A stretch of 62,156 nt of DNA, the filler included, from an uncultured bacterium (lineage in GTDB: Bacteria > DAOPZR01): NCBI GenBank assembly GCA_964637655.1. It is 4 parts of 4 records of this genome, joined end to end, with 100 filler letters (N's around TTAATTAATTAA, not from the genome) between each part and the next. Parts side by side here need not be neighbours in the genome. Positions count along the whole stretch, not along the records: positions 47,100 to 62,156 come from CAZWUZ010000059.1; 3 more parts are not named here. One strand, 5' to 3'. This document shows positions 50,146 to 58,173 of this stretch, piece by piece (the stretch's first letter is position 1; each line of letters opens with the position of its first letter). The position numbers and the translations under genes were made by a program. The notes under the pieces are model-generated. The model saw nothing but the letters and a program-made list of their open reading frames with translations. It did not search any database and was not told the DNA's origin.

Positions 50146-51294
50146 TCATTTCAGCACCTCGAAAATATAATCCCCTTCATTGCTGTGAATTCGAATTGTG
50201 TTATCTACCAGTGTCAAACGATAATTTGGCGCGGCGGAAAATCTCACAAATTCACTATTGGTCGTTTTGTATTCTCCAATAATACATCCTTGGTTATCAA
50301 GCACTATTATCGATTTGATTAACTTGATGCCATTCCTGGTAATCAATTCACCAACGAAAAAACTCGCATTTTCTGCGATTTGTAAATTATCAATCCTTCC
50401 CGGAACATCGAATTGATGGATAACGGAAAATCCACTACTCTCGTAAATATTAACCTGATACTTAATGGGCTCAATGCTGATAAGCTTTTCGATAGCAAAA
50501 TATCCGAAATCACTTGTGCTGCCAATAATGCATATATCAGAGAAATTAGTGTCTCTAAATTGCTTGATAAGTACACCATTTTCATCGTAAATCGATACTT
50601 CATCACTATTTTCATTTCGTAAACTAGTTTCAGTACAAATAATTTTCCCATCATGAAATACTTGTACTCTATGAGCTGTCGATGGTTTTGACCAAACAAT
50701 TTCTCCGGTCCCGCTGATTTTCATCAGATTGGAATTTGTCAATATTATTAATTTCCCATCCTGCAGTAACACAATTTGCGAAATCCCTCTCGTCTGCGAT
50801 TTATCTACAGTCGCCATCAACTTTCCTTGAAAATCATACTGATATAATCCTGCATTTATAACCGGGTCAATCTGAAATTCCCATTCGCCATTTAATCGTC
50901 CAACAACCCAGATGAAATTCTTATCTTTAGGAATGAATATCAATTCAGATTGTACTGGAAATGCCGCAATTGTTTCTCCATCTTTAGTAAGTATAGTCAG
51001 ATGATGTCTGCCGGTTCCTGTGCTTACCGCCGCATAAATATTCGGATTTTCCGTTGGTATCACGCGCCCGTATTGTGAAATGTCCACCATGGTACCCGAT
51101 ATGGAACCTGATTGCATTCCGATAAATCTAATTTTGTCGCCTTGAACAGTTATTCCTGCGGGAAGATTGCTTTGTTCTACCGTTCTAACCGGGGTATCAG
51201 TTTGTTCTCCTTGTTCTTGGCACCCTGAATAAACGACGAGCGATAGTATTAGCAATAAGGTAATATATGTTTTAGGGAGAATCGCTCGCATCAC
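50146..51294 (-). CDS. Cassette 5: putative lipoprotein, probable beta-propeller
   Basis: Signal ending VYSGC, repeated YDxxG beta-strand units, AT-rich codons. Confidence 0.75.
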   Translation of the reverse strand: MMRAILPKTYITLLLILSLVVYSGCQEQGEQTDTPVRTVEQSNLPAGITVQGDKIRFIGMQSGSISGTMVDISQYGRVIPTENPNIYAAVSTGTGRHHLTILTKDGETIAAFPVQSELIFIPKDKNFIWVVGRLNGEWEFQIDPVINAGLYQYDFQGKLMATVDKSQTRGISQIVLLQDGKLIILTNSNLMKISGTGEIVWSKPSTAHRVQVFHDGKIICTETSLRNENSDEVSIYDENGVLIKQFRDTNFSDICIIGSTSDFGYFAIEKLISIEPIKYQVNIYESSGFSVIHQFDVPGRIDNLQIAENASFFVGELITRNGIKLIKSIIVLDNQGCIIGEYKTTNSEFVRFSAAPNYRLTLVDNTIRIHSNEGDYIFEVLK

Positions 51295-51337
51295 ATTTTC
51301 GCTCCATATTGTCGTTAAGTATTAATCATCGCCGTAA

Positions 51338-51402
51338 GGCCAACGATGAGCGCTCTGCGTTGAGCCGCGCCAGCGGCGAAGCGCAGGAGCGCAATGTTAT
51401 CC
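51338..51402 (-). repeat. attC-like site of cassette 4 (65 bp)
   Basis: R'' GGATAAC, L'' GCTCCTGC, L' GCAGAGC and R' GTTGGCC. Confidence 0.9.
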
Positions 51403-51494
51403 GACGCATCCTTTGATTATATCACTGCCTGACCTCTAGCACATGTAATAGCTAATATACTATATCCAGTCCATGATAGCCATACAGGCTTGTG

Positions 51495-52958
51495 TCATGG
51501 ACCATCGAGTGTCGGGTTAGCATATGTATGGCGTCTGCGAGTTTCTGCCGGGGACAACTGCCGACGGCTAGTAGGAATCCTGGTAATAGTTGAGGCTCGT
51601 CGCATATATTCAGCAATCCAGTCGTTAATAGAAACGGTGTTGCGCTGTCGCATCACATCAAGAAACTCACGATAGGCAAAATCATTAGCTGGTTGTCGTT
51701 CAATAATGCCACCGTTTGATACATACACACAAAACGGCCCATCTTCGCCATAGCGTATGCTCCAGTCAATATTTCCCTGCTCATCATAGGCACCGATGCA
51801 TTTGAGCAGATAAAGTCTCCCGCGGCGCGAAGAAACAAGTGTTTTCCATAGTTGTTCTTCATTATTTCCCTGTGTGACGTATTCGCAAATTCGGGTATAT
51901 GCTCCGTCACGAGTGAGATAATACACCGTTTCTCTCGTTTCCTGCCATTCCCATCCGCCATCATCCGTAACGACGATGAATTCAGGTACCGGCGTCCCGA
52001 TCACATTCTGCAGACGGCATGATATGACTTTCGTGATCCGAGCCTGCTCACTATAGGAACAGGCATCGTAATACAGTGAAAGCTTGGCCAGCAAATCAAT
52101 GAATGCTGGAGGGATACCAAACTGTGATAAATCTGTATCGGGTTGGCGTATCGCGAGTTGTCGTAGAATATATGCTACGTTGATGTAATCATGCTTTTTC
52201 CAGGCATGCTGTAATGCGTTTGTAAGTTGGACCGGGCTGCTGTCCAGGAAACTTAGTGATGTAAGCGGGACCCATCCTGTAAGATAACGTTCGTGATTGA
52301 TGAGCGCGAGATTTTCTGCTGTAGCAACGGCAATAACCGTGACTGAATCACCGCGGGTCAATAGACCAGCCGGTGCTCCTGCAGCATAATAGTTTGAACG
52401 AACATTCAGTGTATTGTCGATACACAAGGCTAGATGGTTATCCCGTGCTGCAGGCTGTTGAAACCATCCTCTCGCTTCAAGTTCCATCGCCGGTTTAAGC
52501 ATCTGCCAGCAGCTCGGAGTTTCGTTTCGCATCTCGATCTTGAATTCATCGTTGAAACGGCGACAGTCAGCGGCAAATTGCTGACGGACAAATTCAGATT
52601 CACCGAGAATATCAAGCGCAATTACCAGTTCACGCCCGACTTCCAACTTATCAAGCGCTAGCCTCGGGACATCTTTGTTGATATTCTGTCCCGCTAAGGT
52701 CATTAAGGTGTCACTGGCAATGATTGTTTTGATTCGGGAAACCAACGCCTCGGTAACTGGCTCGTGCAATAGCGGCAGACGCGGAGAAAAATGAGCTGTG
52801 TTCAAAATGTCGGGATAATCTCGATTTGCCTGTGGTGGCAGTGGCGACGGATCATCAGGGGGTTCCGTACAATTCCATCCCATCAGCGCCATGGTTAGAT
52901 AGAATGCGAATATCCAGAACATCCCCCATCGCCCGGGACAATTCATCGGGAAAGTCAA
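51495..52958 (-). CDS. Cassette 4: exported protein with a bacterial SH3b-like domain (start uncertain)
   Basis: Hydrophobic N-terminus ending in Cys plus a Pro linker. LNVRS..GLLTRGDSVTVI..TGWVP. Confidence 0.7.
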   Translation of the reverse strand: MTFPMNCPGRWGMFWIFAFYLTMALMGWNCTEPPDDPSPLPPQANRDYPDILNTAHFSPRLPLLHEPVTEALVSRIKTIIASDTLMTLAGQNINKDVPRLALDKLEVGRELVIALDILGESEFVRQQFAADCRRFNDEFKIEMRNETPSCWQMLKPAMELEARGWFQQPAARDNHLALCIDNTLNVRSNYYAAGAPAGLLTRGDSVTVIAVATAENLALINHERYLTGWVPLTSLSFLDSSPVQLTNALQHAWKKHDYINVAYILRQLAIRQPDTDLSQFGIPPAFIDLLAKLSLYYDACSYSEQARITKVISCRLQNVIGTPVPEFIVVTDDGGWEWQETRETVYYLTRDGAYTRICEYVTQGNNEEQLWKTLVSSRRGRLYLLKCIGAYDEQGNIDWSIRYGEDGPFCVYVSNGGIIERQPANDFAYREFLDVMRQRNTVSINDWIAEYMRRASTITRIPTSRRQLSPAETRRRHTYANPTLDGP

Positions 52959-53039
52959 ACGATATTTCCCACATACTGAATAGCTGCCAATCGCATCACA
53001 TCACCGCCCAATACTCCGGCTTCATTATCGTCATCGCGA

Positions 53040-53104
53040 GGATAACGATTAGCGCTCTGCGTTGAGCCGCGCCAGCGGCGAAGCGCAGAAGCGCGAAGTT
53101 CGCA
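53040..53104 (-). repeat. attC-like site of cassette 3 (65 bp)
   Basis: R'' TGCGAAC, L'' GCTTCTGC, L' GCAGAGC and R' GTTATCC. Confidence 0.9.
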
Positions 53105-53109
53105 GTTCA

Positions 53110-53439
53110 CTATTTGGTGTCCATATCAGCTACATCTGCGGCCCAGAATTCAATTCCACCTGGTCCTGCCTCGAAATCACCAACGCGAACTCGCAAGCCA
53201 TCTAATCCCCGCTCGGAAACATCTTTAATGAAAAGACCCGGACATGCAGGAAAACCCTTATGCACCGCAATATCCTGCGGGCGCAGGAATCGAAGACGAC
53301 GCACAACTGACCCATTTTTTAGGACCAAATCAATCCAAGAATCATTCGGCTCATCCGGTGATCGATAAAAGTGATACTCAACAATCTGATATTCCCAAGG
53401 CTTATCGATAATAGTATGGTCCGGATCTTCTTTATTCAT
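53110..53439 (-). CDS. Cassette 3: hypothetical protein (109 aa)
   Basis: Fills the cassette. AGGTG SD next to the core site, stop 5 nt before R''. Confidence 0.8.
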   Translation of the reverse strand: MNKEDPDHTIIDKPWEYQIVEYHFYRSPDEPNDSWIDLVLKNGSVVRRLRFLRPQDIAVHKGFPACPGLFIKDVSERGLDGLRVRVGDFEAGPGGIEFWAADVADMDTK

Positions 53440-53447
53440 ATTTCACC

Positions 53448-53512
53448 TGCGAACGATTAGCGTTCTGCGTTGAGCCGCGCCAGCGGCGAAGCGCAGCAAC
53501 GCGAAGTTAGCT
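53448..53512 (-). repeat. attC-like site of cassette 2 (65 bp)
   Basis: R'' AGCTAAC, L'' GTTGCTGC, L' GCAGAAC and R' GTTCGCA. Confidence 0.9.
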
Positions 53513-53518
53513 GGGATT

Positions 53519-53797
53519 TTAGCATATTTCTGTTGCTGTGAACCCAAGAGAGTGTACCTCGTCATCTGTAGAAATCCGAAAATCTACAATTTCGGATTTG
53601 CCGCAGGCGGGGCACTTTTTCCCTTTATAGGTTTGATCAGGTGATATTTTACGTGGGTCTGGAAATACCGATTCGTCTTCATCGCAGGTAATCAGAATTT
53701 TACCGCATGATGGGCAGGTCGAAAATATCAACGATTGACCTTGTGTGCAAATCGGGCAATCCTTGCGCAAATACCATATCGGTTTGTTAAATTCCAT
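53519..53797 (-). CDS. Cassette 2: small Cys-rich zinc-ribbon-like protein (92 aa)
   Basis: CPIC, CPSC, CDED and CPAC. Fills the cassette. Confidence 0.78.
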   Translation of the reverse strand: MEFNKPIWYLRKDCPICTQGQSLIFSTCPSCGKILITCDEDESVFPDPRKISPDQTYKGKKCPACGKSEIVDFRISTDDEVHSLGFTATEIC

Positions 53798-53812
53798 ATC
53801 ATCTCTCTCTAC

Positions 53813-53878
53813 AGCTAACGATTAGCGTTCTGCGTTGAAGCCGCGCCAGCGGCGAAGCACAGCAACGCGAAGTTGAGC
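53813..53878 (-). repeat. attC-like site of cassette 1 (66 bp)
   Basis: R'' GCTCAAC, L'' GTTGCTGT, L' GCAGAAC and R' GTTAGCT. Confidence 0.9.
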
Positions 53879-53925
53879 ATTTAGATTCTGGAATCATTGC
53901 TTCGCACCTCTCAACATAATATCAG

Positions 53926-54264
53926 TCACCACCACCATGTGCCAATCATTAATCCCAGCCAATATGCTAATACGGACACATACAGCAAACCAAAAAGTAA
54001 CGCTGGCACTCTAGTCCTGATGTTTTCTCCTGGTGTTATCGCTTTTGCCACACGCTGCCGATAGTGGCGAACCAGTGCCCAATAACCTGCCACAATCAAC
54101 CATAATGAAGTAACAATCGGAACGATGTTGCGCTGCAATCGTTCGAAATTGATGGTGATAATATTCGATTCATCTCCGCTAACATCTACCGTTGCCAGTA
54201 CGATAGAAGGCGACAACAGCATTATGCCAGTCATGGCTACAATGATCAGTGCGAGAAATCGCAT
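53926..54264 (-). CDS. Cassette 1: small membrane protein (signal peptide plus 2 TM)
   Basis: Three hydrophobic segments, in the first cassette. Confidence 0.7.
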   Translation of the reverse strand: MRFLALIIVAMTGIMLLSPSIVLATVDVSGDESNIITINFERLQRNIVPIVTSLWLIVAGYWALVRHYRQRVAKAITPGENIRTRVPALLFGLLYVSVLAYWLGLMIGTWWW

Positions 54265-54308
54265 GTCATCTCTGATGTAATATTCATTCGTGCCTCAATC
54301 ATTATCGT

Positions 54309-54342
54309 ATGCCCAACATTCATATTGTACACATGTGTATAA
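54309..54342 (-). other. attI-like crossover site (G/TTGGGC) with adjacent palindrome
   Basis: GTTGGGCAT matches cassette 1 R'' ATGCTCAAC at 8/9 positions, with no attC hairpin upstream. Palindrome TACACATGTGTA at 54328-54339. Confidence 0.7.
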
Positions 54343-54347
54343 CACAG

Positions 54348-54376
54348 ATTGTACTGCTACTTTCGGGGAATGTCAA
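54348..54376 (-). promoter_or_regulatory. Pc-like sigma70 promoter reading into the cassette array
   Basis: TTGACA (54376-54371)-N17-TACAAT (54353-54348). Confidence 0.8.
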
Positions 54377-54500
54377 TAGGGCAGGCAAAAACAGTGCAAA
54401 ACAGAGTATTCATGTAATTTACTGCCGGCAGAGATATTGCAACAACATCATAGAATTTCGACCGCCGGGCAAAATCGGAACGGCAGCAGTATGCATGCCC

Positions 54501-54538
54501 CCGGGGGTTGTTACACACAAGTGTGTAACAACTGCCGG
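54501..54538 (-). terminator. Hairpin immediately after hydG (terminator or operator)
   Basis: 18-bp arms matching at 16/18, with perfect core GTTGTTACACAC-AA-GTGTGTAACAAC. Confidence 0.55.
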
Positions 54539-54542
54539 AGCA

Positions 54543-55952
54543 TCAGTAGGGACAGTCGCGCACTGTGCCGGTGCGGATGGCCGCGAGGCGGGAGGCAACT
54601 TCATCCCGCTGCGCGTCAGGGAGTTGCGCCAGTTCGCGTGCGATAAGCATTTCGCCCGCGGCGAGCACGTCCGCCGGCGCATAGTCGATGAGGTATTCCT
54701 GGAAGGTCAGCAGCGCGTTGGGGGTGCAGAAGCGCTTGATGAAGCCGGGAATCGCCTGCTCCATGAAGTGCTCGCCCGTGCGGCCGCGGCGGTAGCAGGA
54801 GGTGCAGAAACTCGGCAGGTAGCCGTCGCGGATCAGTTCCCCGATAACCGCGTCGAGCGTGCGCGCATCACCGAGCGCAAACTGCTCGCGCTCCAGTCGC
54901 TGTGCCCCGTCGGTATCGGTATAGCCGCCCAGTTCGATATTCGAGCCCGCATCGATCTGCGACACCCCGACCGCGAGCGCGGCGCGGCGCACCGCGGGGT
55001 TTTCGCGTGCGGTGCAGATGAGGCCGGTGTAAGGAACGGCGAGGCGCAGCACCGCGACAAGATGCAGGAAATCATCGTCGCTGACCAGCCACTGCGGGTC
55101 GTGCGCCACCCCGTGGGCCGGCTGCAGGCGCGGGAAACTGATGGTGTGCGGCCCCACGCCGCCGCGCTCCTGCAGGTGGCAGGCATGGCTGACCAGGCCA
55201 AGCACCTCGAAGCGCCAGTCATACAACCCGAAGAGCGCGCCCAGACCGACATCGTCGCACCCCGCGCGCATGGCGCGCAGCAGCCCGTCGAGCCGCCAGG
55301 CGTAGTCCGCCTTCGGCCCCGACGGATGCACCTGCGCGTAGGTCGCATGATGGTAGGTTTCCTGAAAGATCTGGTAGGTACCGATGCCCGCGGCCTTGAC
55401 GGTGCGGTAACCCGCGTCGTCGAGCGGCGCGGCATTGATATTGATGCGGCGGATTTCCCCGCGCCCCTCTTTCACCGCGTAGGCACTGCGCACCGCGTCA
55501 GCAATGAAGTCCGCGCCGTAGTCGGGATGCTCGCCGAAGACGAGGATGAGCCGCTTATGTCCCGCCCGCTCCAGCGCCACCACCTGCGCGCGCAGTGCCT
55601 GATCGTCGAGCGTACGGCGCACCGCGCTGGTGTTCGAGCGGCGGAAGCCGCAGTAAGCGCAGTCGTTGACGCATTCGTTGCCGACGTAGAGCGGGGCAAA
55701 GAGAACGATGCGGTTGCCGTAGATGCGGTCCTTGAGTTCCTGCGCCGCGGCGCGGATGGCTGCGCGCGGTTCCGGGGCGGACGCGGTGACCAGGCGCGCG
55801 GTTTGCGCCGGGGTCAGCGGCTGTTTGGCCAGCGACTGCGCGCAGAGGTCGCGCACCTCGGCGGCATCCGCCGGCGGCTGTGCCAGCAGCGCCTGCAGGC
55901 GGGCCTCGTCGATGAAATCGGTGAAATCGTCGCTCAGTCGGCGCTCTGCCAC
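54543..55952 (-). CDS. hydG: [FeFe]-hydrogenase maturase HydG
   Basis: YGNRIVLFAPLY, CVNDCAYC, FQETYH, GPHTISFPR and second cluster SFCTSCYR..FCTPNA. Confidence 0.95.
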   Translation of the reverse strand: MAERRLSDDFTDFIDEARLQALLAQPPADAAEVRDLCAQSLAKQPLTPAQTARLVTASAPEPRAAIRAAAQELKDRIYGNRIVLFAPLYVGNECVNDCAYCGFRRSNTSAVRRTLDDQALRAQVVALERAGHKRLILVFGEHPDYGADFIADAVRSAYAVKEGRGEIRRININAAPLDDAGYRTVKAAGIGTYQIFQETYHHATYAQVHPSGPKADYAWRLDGLLRAMRAGCDDVGLGALFGLYDWRFEVLGLVSHACHLQERGGVGPHTISFPRLQPAHGVAHDPQWLVSDDDFLHLVAVLRLAVPYTGLICTARENPAVRRAALAVGVSQIDAGSNIELGGYTDTDGAQRLEREQFALGDARTLDAVIGELIRDGYLPSFCTSCYRRGRTGEHFMEQAIPGFIKRFCTPNALLTFQEYLIDYAPADVLAAGEMLIARELAQLPDAQRDEVASRLAAIRTGTVRDCPY

Positions 55953-57010
55953 GTGATCCCCCCCTGCAGTTGCCGCCGGCGGCGATAGCGCGCTGACGAA
56001 CCCGCCCCCGTGCCGACGGTGCGCCCGAGTGACGCGAGCATTTCGCGCAGGCGACAGTCAGCACCGGTGGCATCGTCATGCGGTGCCGGCTTCCCCGGGT
56101 AGACCAGGTACTGCGCGCGATACTGTGCCGGCGTGACATTCGGCATCACTACGTTGGCGCCCCACTGCAGTCCCGCGGCATAGCCCGCCTCCGGATCGAG
56201 CGTCGCCAGCGCGGTAGTACTCGGGATATTGGCATCGGGAAGGAGCAGGCGGGTCAGCGCAATGGCAGCCAGCGCCATGGCGGCGGTGTGCGGGACCTGC
56301 TCCGCATCCGTCGGCACAGGCCGCTGCCCGAGCGGCGTGTCCGGATGCGGAATGAACGGCCCGATACCGACCATGTCGAGATCGAGCGCGGCAAAGAGCT
56401 GGATGTCGGCCGCCAGGTCGTCGAAGGTCTGTCCCGGCAGCCCGACCATGACCCCGCTCCCCACCTCGTAGCCGAGGTCGCGCAGCAACGCAAGCTGCGC
56501 GATGCGGTCGCTCGGCTTGCCGCCAAGCGGCGGATGGTAGCGGTCGTACAGTTCGCGGTTTCCCGTTTCGAAACGGAGCAGGTAGCGGTCCGCACCCTGC
56601 GCGCGCCACTCGATGAGGTCGTCGCGGTCGCGCTCACCCAGCGACAGGGTGACCGCCAGCCCCGTCTCCCGGCGCACGGCGCGAATGGCTTCGCTGACCA
56701 GCGCGCGCGTCAGGCCCGGGTCTTCCCCGCCCTGCATAACGACGGTGCCATAGCCGCACGCGGCCGCGCGCTGCGCCGCGGCAACGGTCTCGTCCAGCGT
56801 CAGGCGATAGCGGGACAGGGCGCGATTGTTCGCGCGCAACCCGCAATAGTAACAGTCGCGGGCGCAGGTGCTGGAGATCTCGATCAGCCCGCGCAGGTGA
56901 ACGGCATCGCCCACGGTGGCGGCGCGCACGCGATCCGCCTCCTCGCGCAGCGCCGCGCGGGACGCGGGATCGGCGGCACGCAGCCGTGCCGCCAGTTCGT
57001 CGTAGTTCAT
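55934..57010 (-). CDS. hydE: [FeFe]-hydrogenase maturase HydE
   Basis: RGLIEIS..CARDCYYCGLR, YLLRFET, GIGPFIPHPDTP, ANVVMPN and YLVYPGK. Confidence 0.93.
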   Translation of the reverse strand: MNYDELAARLRAADPASRAALREEADRVRAATVGDAVHLRGLIEISSTCARDCYYCGLRANNRALSRYRLTLDETVAAAQRAAACGYGTVVMQGGEDPGLTRALVSEAIRAVRRETGLAVTLSLGERDRDDLIEWRAQGADRYLLRFETGNRELYDRYHPPLGGKPSDRIAQLALLRDLGYEVGSGVMVGLPGQTFDDLAADIQLFAALDLDMVGIGPFIPHPDTPLGQRPVPTDAEQVPHTAAMALAAIALTRLLLPDANIPSTTALATLDPEAGYAAGLQWGANVVMPNVTPAQYRAQYLVYPGKPAPHDDATGADCRLREMLASLGRTVGTGAGSSARYRRRRQLQGGITWQSAD

Positions 57011-58173
57011 GCCGCCGGCGGCTGCTCCGGCAGGGTGACCGTGAACGTCGTGCCCACGTCGGGCTCGCTCGCCACGGTGACGCTGCCGCCATAGAGTTCC
57101 GCCAGTTTCTTGACGATGGAGAGTCCCAACCCGCTGCCAAGGATGCTGGCGGTTTTGCGGTTGCGGATGCGCACGAATTCGCCGAAGAGGCGCCCGACTT
57201 CCTGCACGTTCATGCCGATGCCGGTATCCGCGACCCGCAGCATGACGCCGGCGGCTTCGCGGCGCAGGGTGACGGTGACGCTGCCCTGGTCGCGGTTGTA
57301 CTTGACCGCGTTGGTCAGCAGGTTGTTGCAGATAATGGAGAGTTCGAGCCGGTCGGCGGTGAGCAGCACGCGCTCCGGCCCGTCGACCGTGACGGTGATG
57401 CTGCGCGCCTGCGCCGCGGGCTGCACGGTTTCCACCGCCTCGCGCACCACGGCGGCGAGATCCTGTTCCTGCAGTTCGCGCGCGCGCAGCCCCGACTCGA
57501 TCTTCGTCAGCTGCAGCAGGTCGCCGATGAGCTTGCGCATCTGCTCGGCGCGGACGATGGAGCGGTTGACCGCGTCGTCATAGGCGGAAAGCTCGCTCCC
57601 CGCCACGCGGTCGCGGATGATGCGCAGGTAGCCGTCAATGGCGTCGAGCGGCGCCTTGAGTTCATGCCCGAGCACGGAGAGAAACTTGAACCGCACCTGC
57701 TTTTTTTCCGCCGCCAGCCGGCGCGCATGGCGGGCGAGGACGACGGAGCGCGACGCCTTGCGCACCACCGCGCGCAGTTCGTCCGGGGTGAAGGGCTTGG
57801 CGAGGAAATCGTAGGCGCCGCGCTTGATGGCGGCGACCGCGGTCTCGAGCGAGGCGTAGGCGGTGATCATCACCGTCTGCATGCCGCTCTCCCCCGCCGG
57901 CAATTGTTCGAGCACGTCCAGCCCGGTCATGCCCGGCAGCTTGTGGTCGAGCAGCAGCAGGTCGGGGAGCCCGCGGCGGAGGATGGCGAGCGCCTCCTCC
58001 CCGCTCGCCGCCTGCTCGACGGCAAAGGTGATGCTCAGATCGAGGTCCGTCTCGGCAACGGTGAAGCGCTCAAGCGCGCGGGTGATCCCCTGGCGCATCC
58101 CGGGTTCGTCGTCGACCACCAGCACGCGCAGCCGCGTGCCGCTGTCCGCGGGTACCGCGTCGGGCCTATCCAT
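57007..58173 (-). CDS. Hybrid receiver-histidine kinase
   Basis: VVDDE, LLDHKLP, KPF, HELKAPL, NAVKYN, DTGIG and GSGLGL. Confidence 0.92.
   Translation of the reverse strand: MDRPDAVPADSGTRLRVLVVDDEPGMRQGITRALERFTVAETDLDLSITFAVEQAASGEEALAILRRGLPDLLLLDHKLPGMTGLDVLEQLPAGESGMQTVMITAYASLETAVAAIKRGAYDFLAKPFTPDELRAVVRKASRSVVLARHARRLAAEKKQVRFKFLSVLGHELKAPLDAIDGYLRIIRDRVAGSELSAYDDAVNRSIVRAEQMRKLIGDLLQLTKIESGLRARELQEQDLAAVVREAVETVQPAAQARSITVTVDGPERVLLTADRLELSIICNNLLTNAVKYNRDQGSVTVTLRREAAGVMLRVADTGIGMNVQEVGRLFGEFVRIRNRKTASILGSGLGLSIVKKLAELYGGSVTVASEPDVGTTFTVTLPEQPPAA

Larger units (their letters stand above)
49952..54317 (-). mobile_element. Integron-like gene cassette array (5 cassettes) with no adjacent integrase
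   Basis: Five attC-like hairpins each follow one AT-rich, co-oriented ORF. Each cassette's start is complementary to its own R'' core. Confidence 0.9.

Noticed and set aside
49961-50149. 62-aa ORF as a sixth cassette gene
   Set aside because: It runs through the attC hairpin and has no recognisable features, so it is more likely the 3' untranslated part of cassette 5.
49952-53878. CRISPR array interpretation of the ~65-bp repeats
   Set aside because: The repeats are too long, the spacers are 0.3-1.6 kb and each holds a whole gene, and no cas genes are present. The core pattern fits attC sites.
53021-54310. Shared 10-mer ACGATAATGA near the starts of cassettes 1 and 4
   Set aside because: It appears in only two of five cassettes and at different offsets, which is too weak to call a motif.
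54309-55988. 559-aa plus-strand ORF as the missing integrase, divergent from the array
   Set aside because: It is antisense to hydG for most of its length and lacks the R-H-x-x-R-H-Y tyrosine recombinase motifs.
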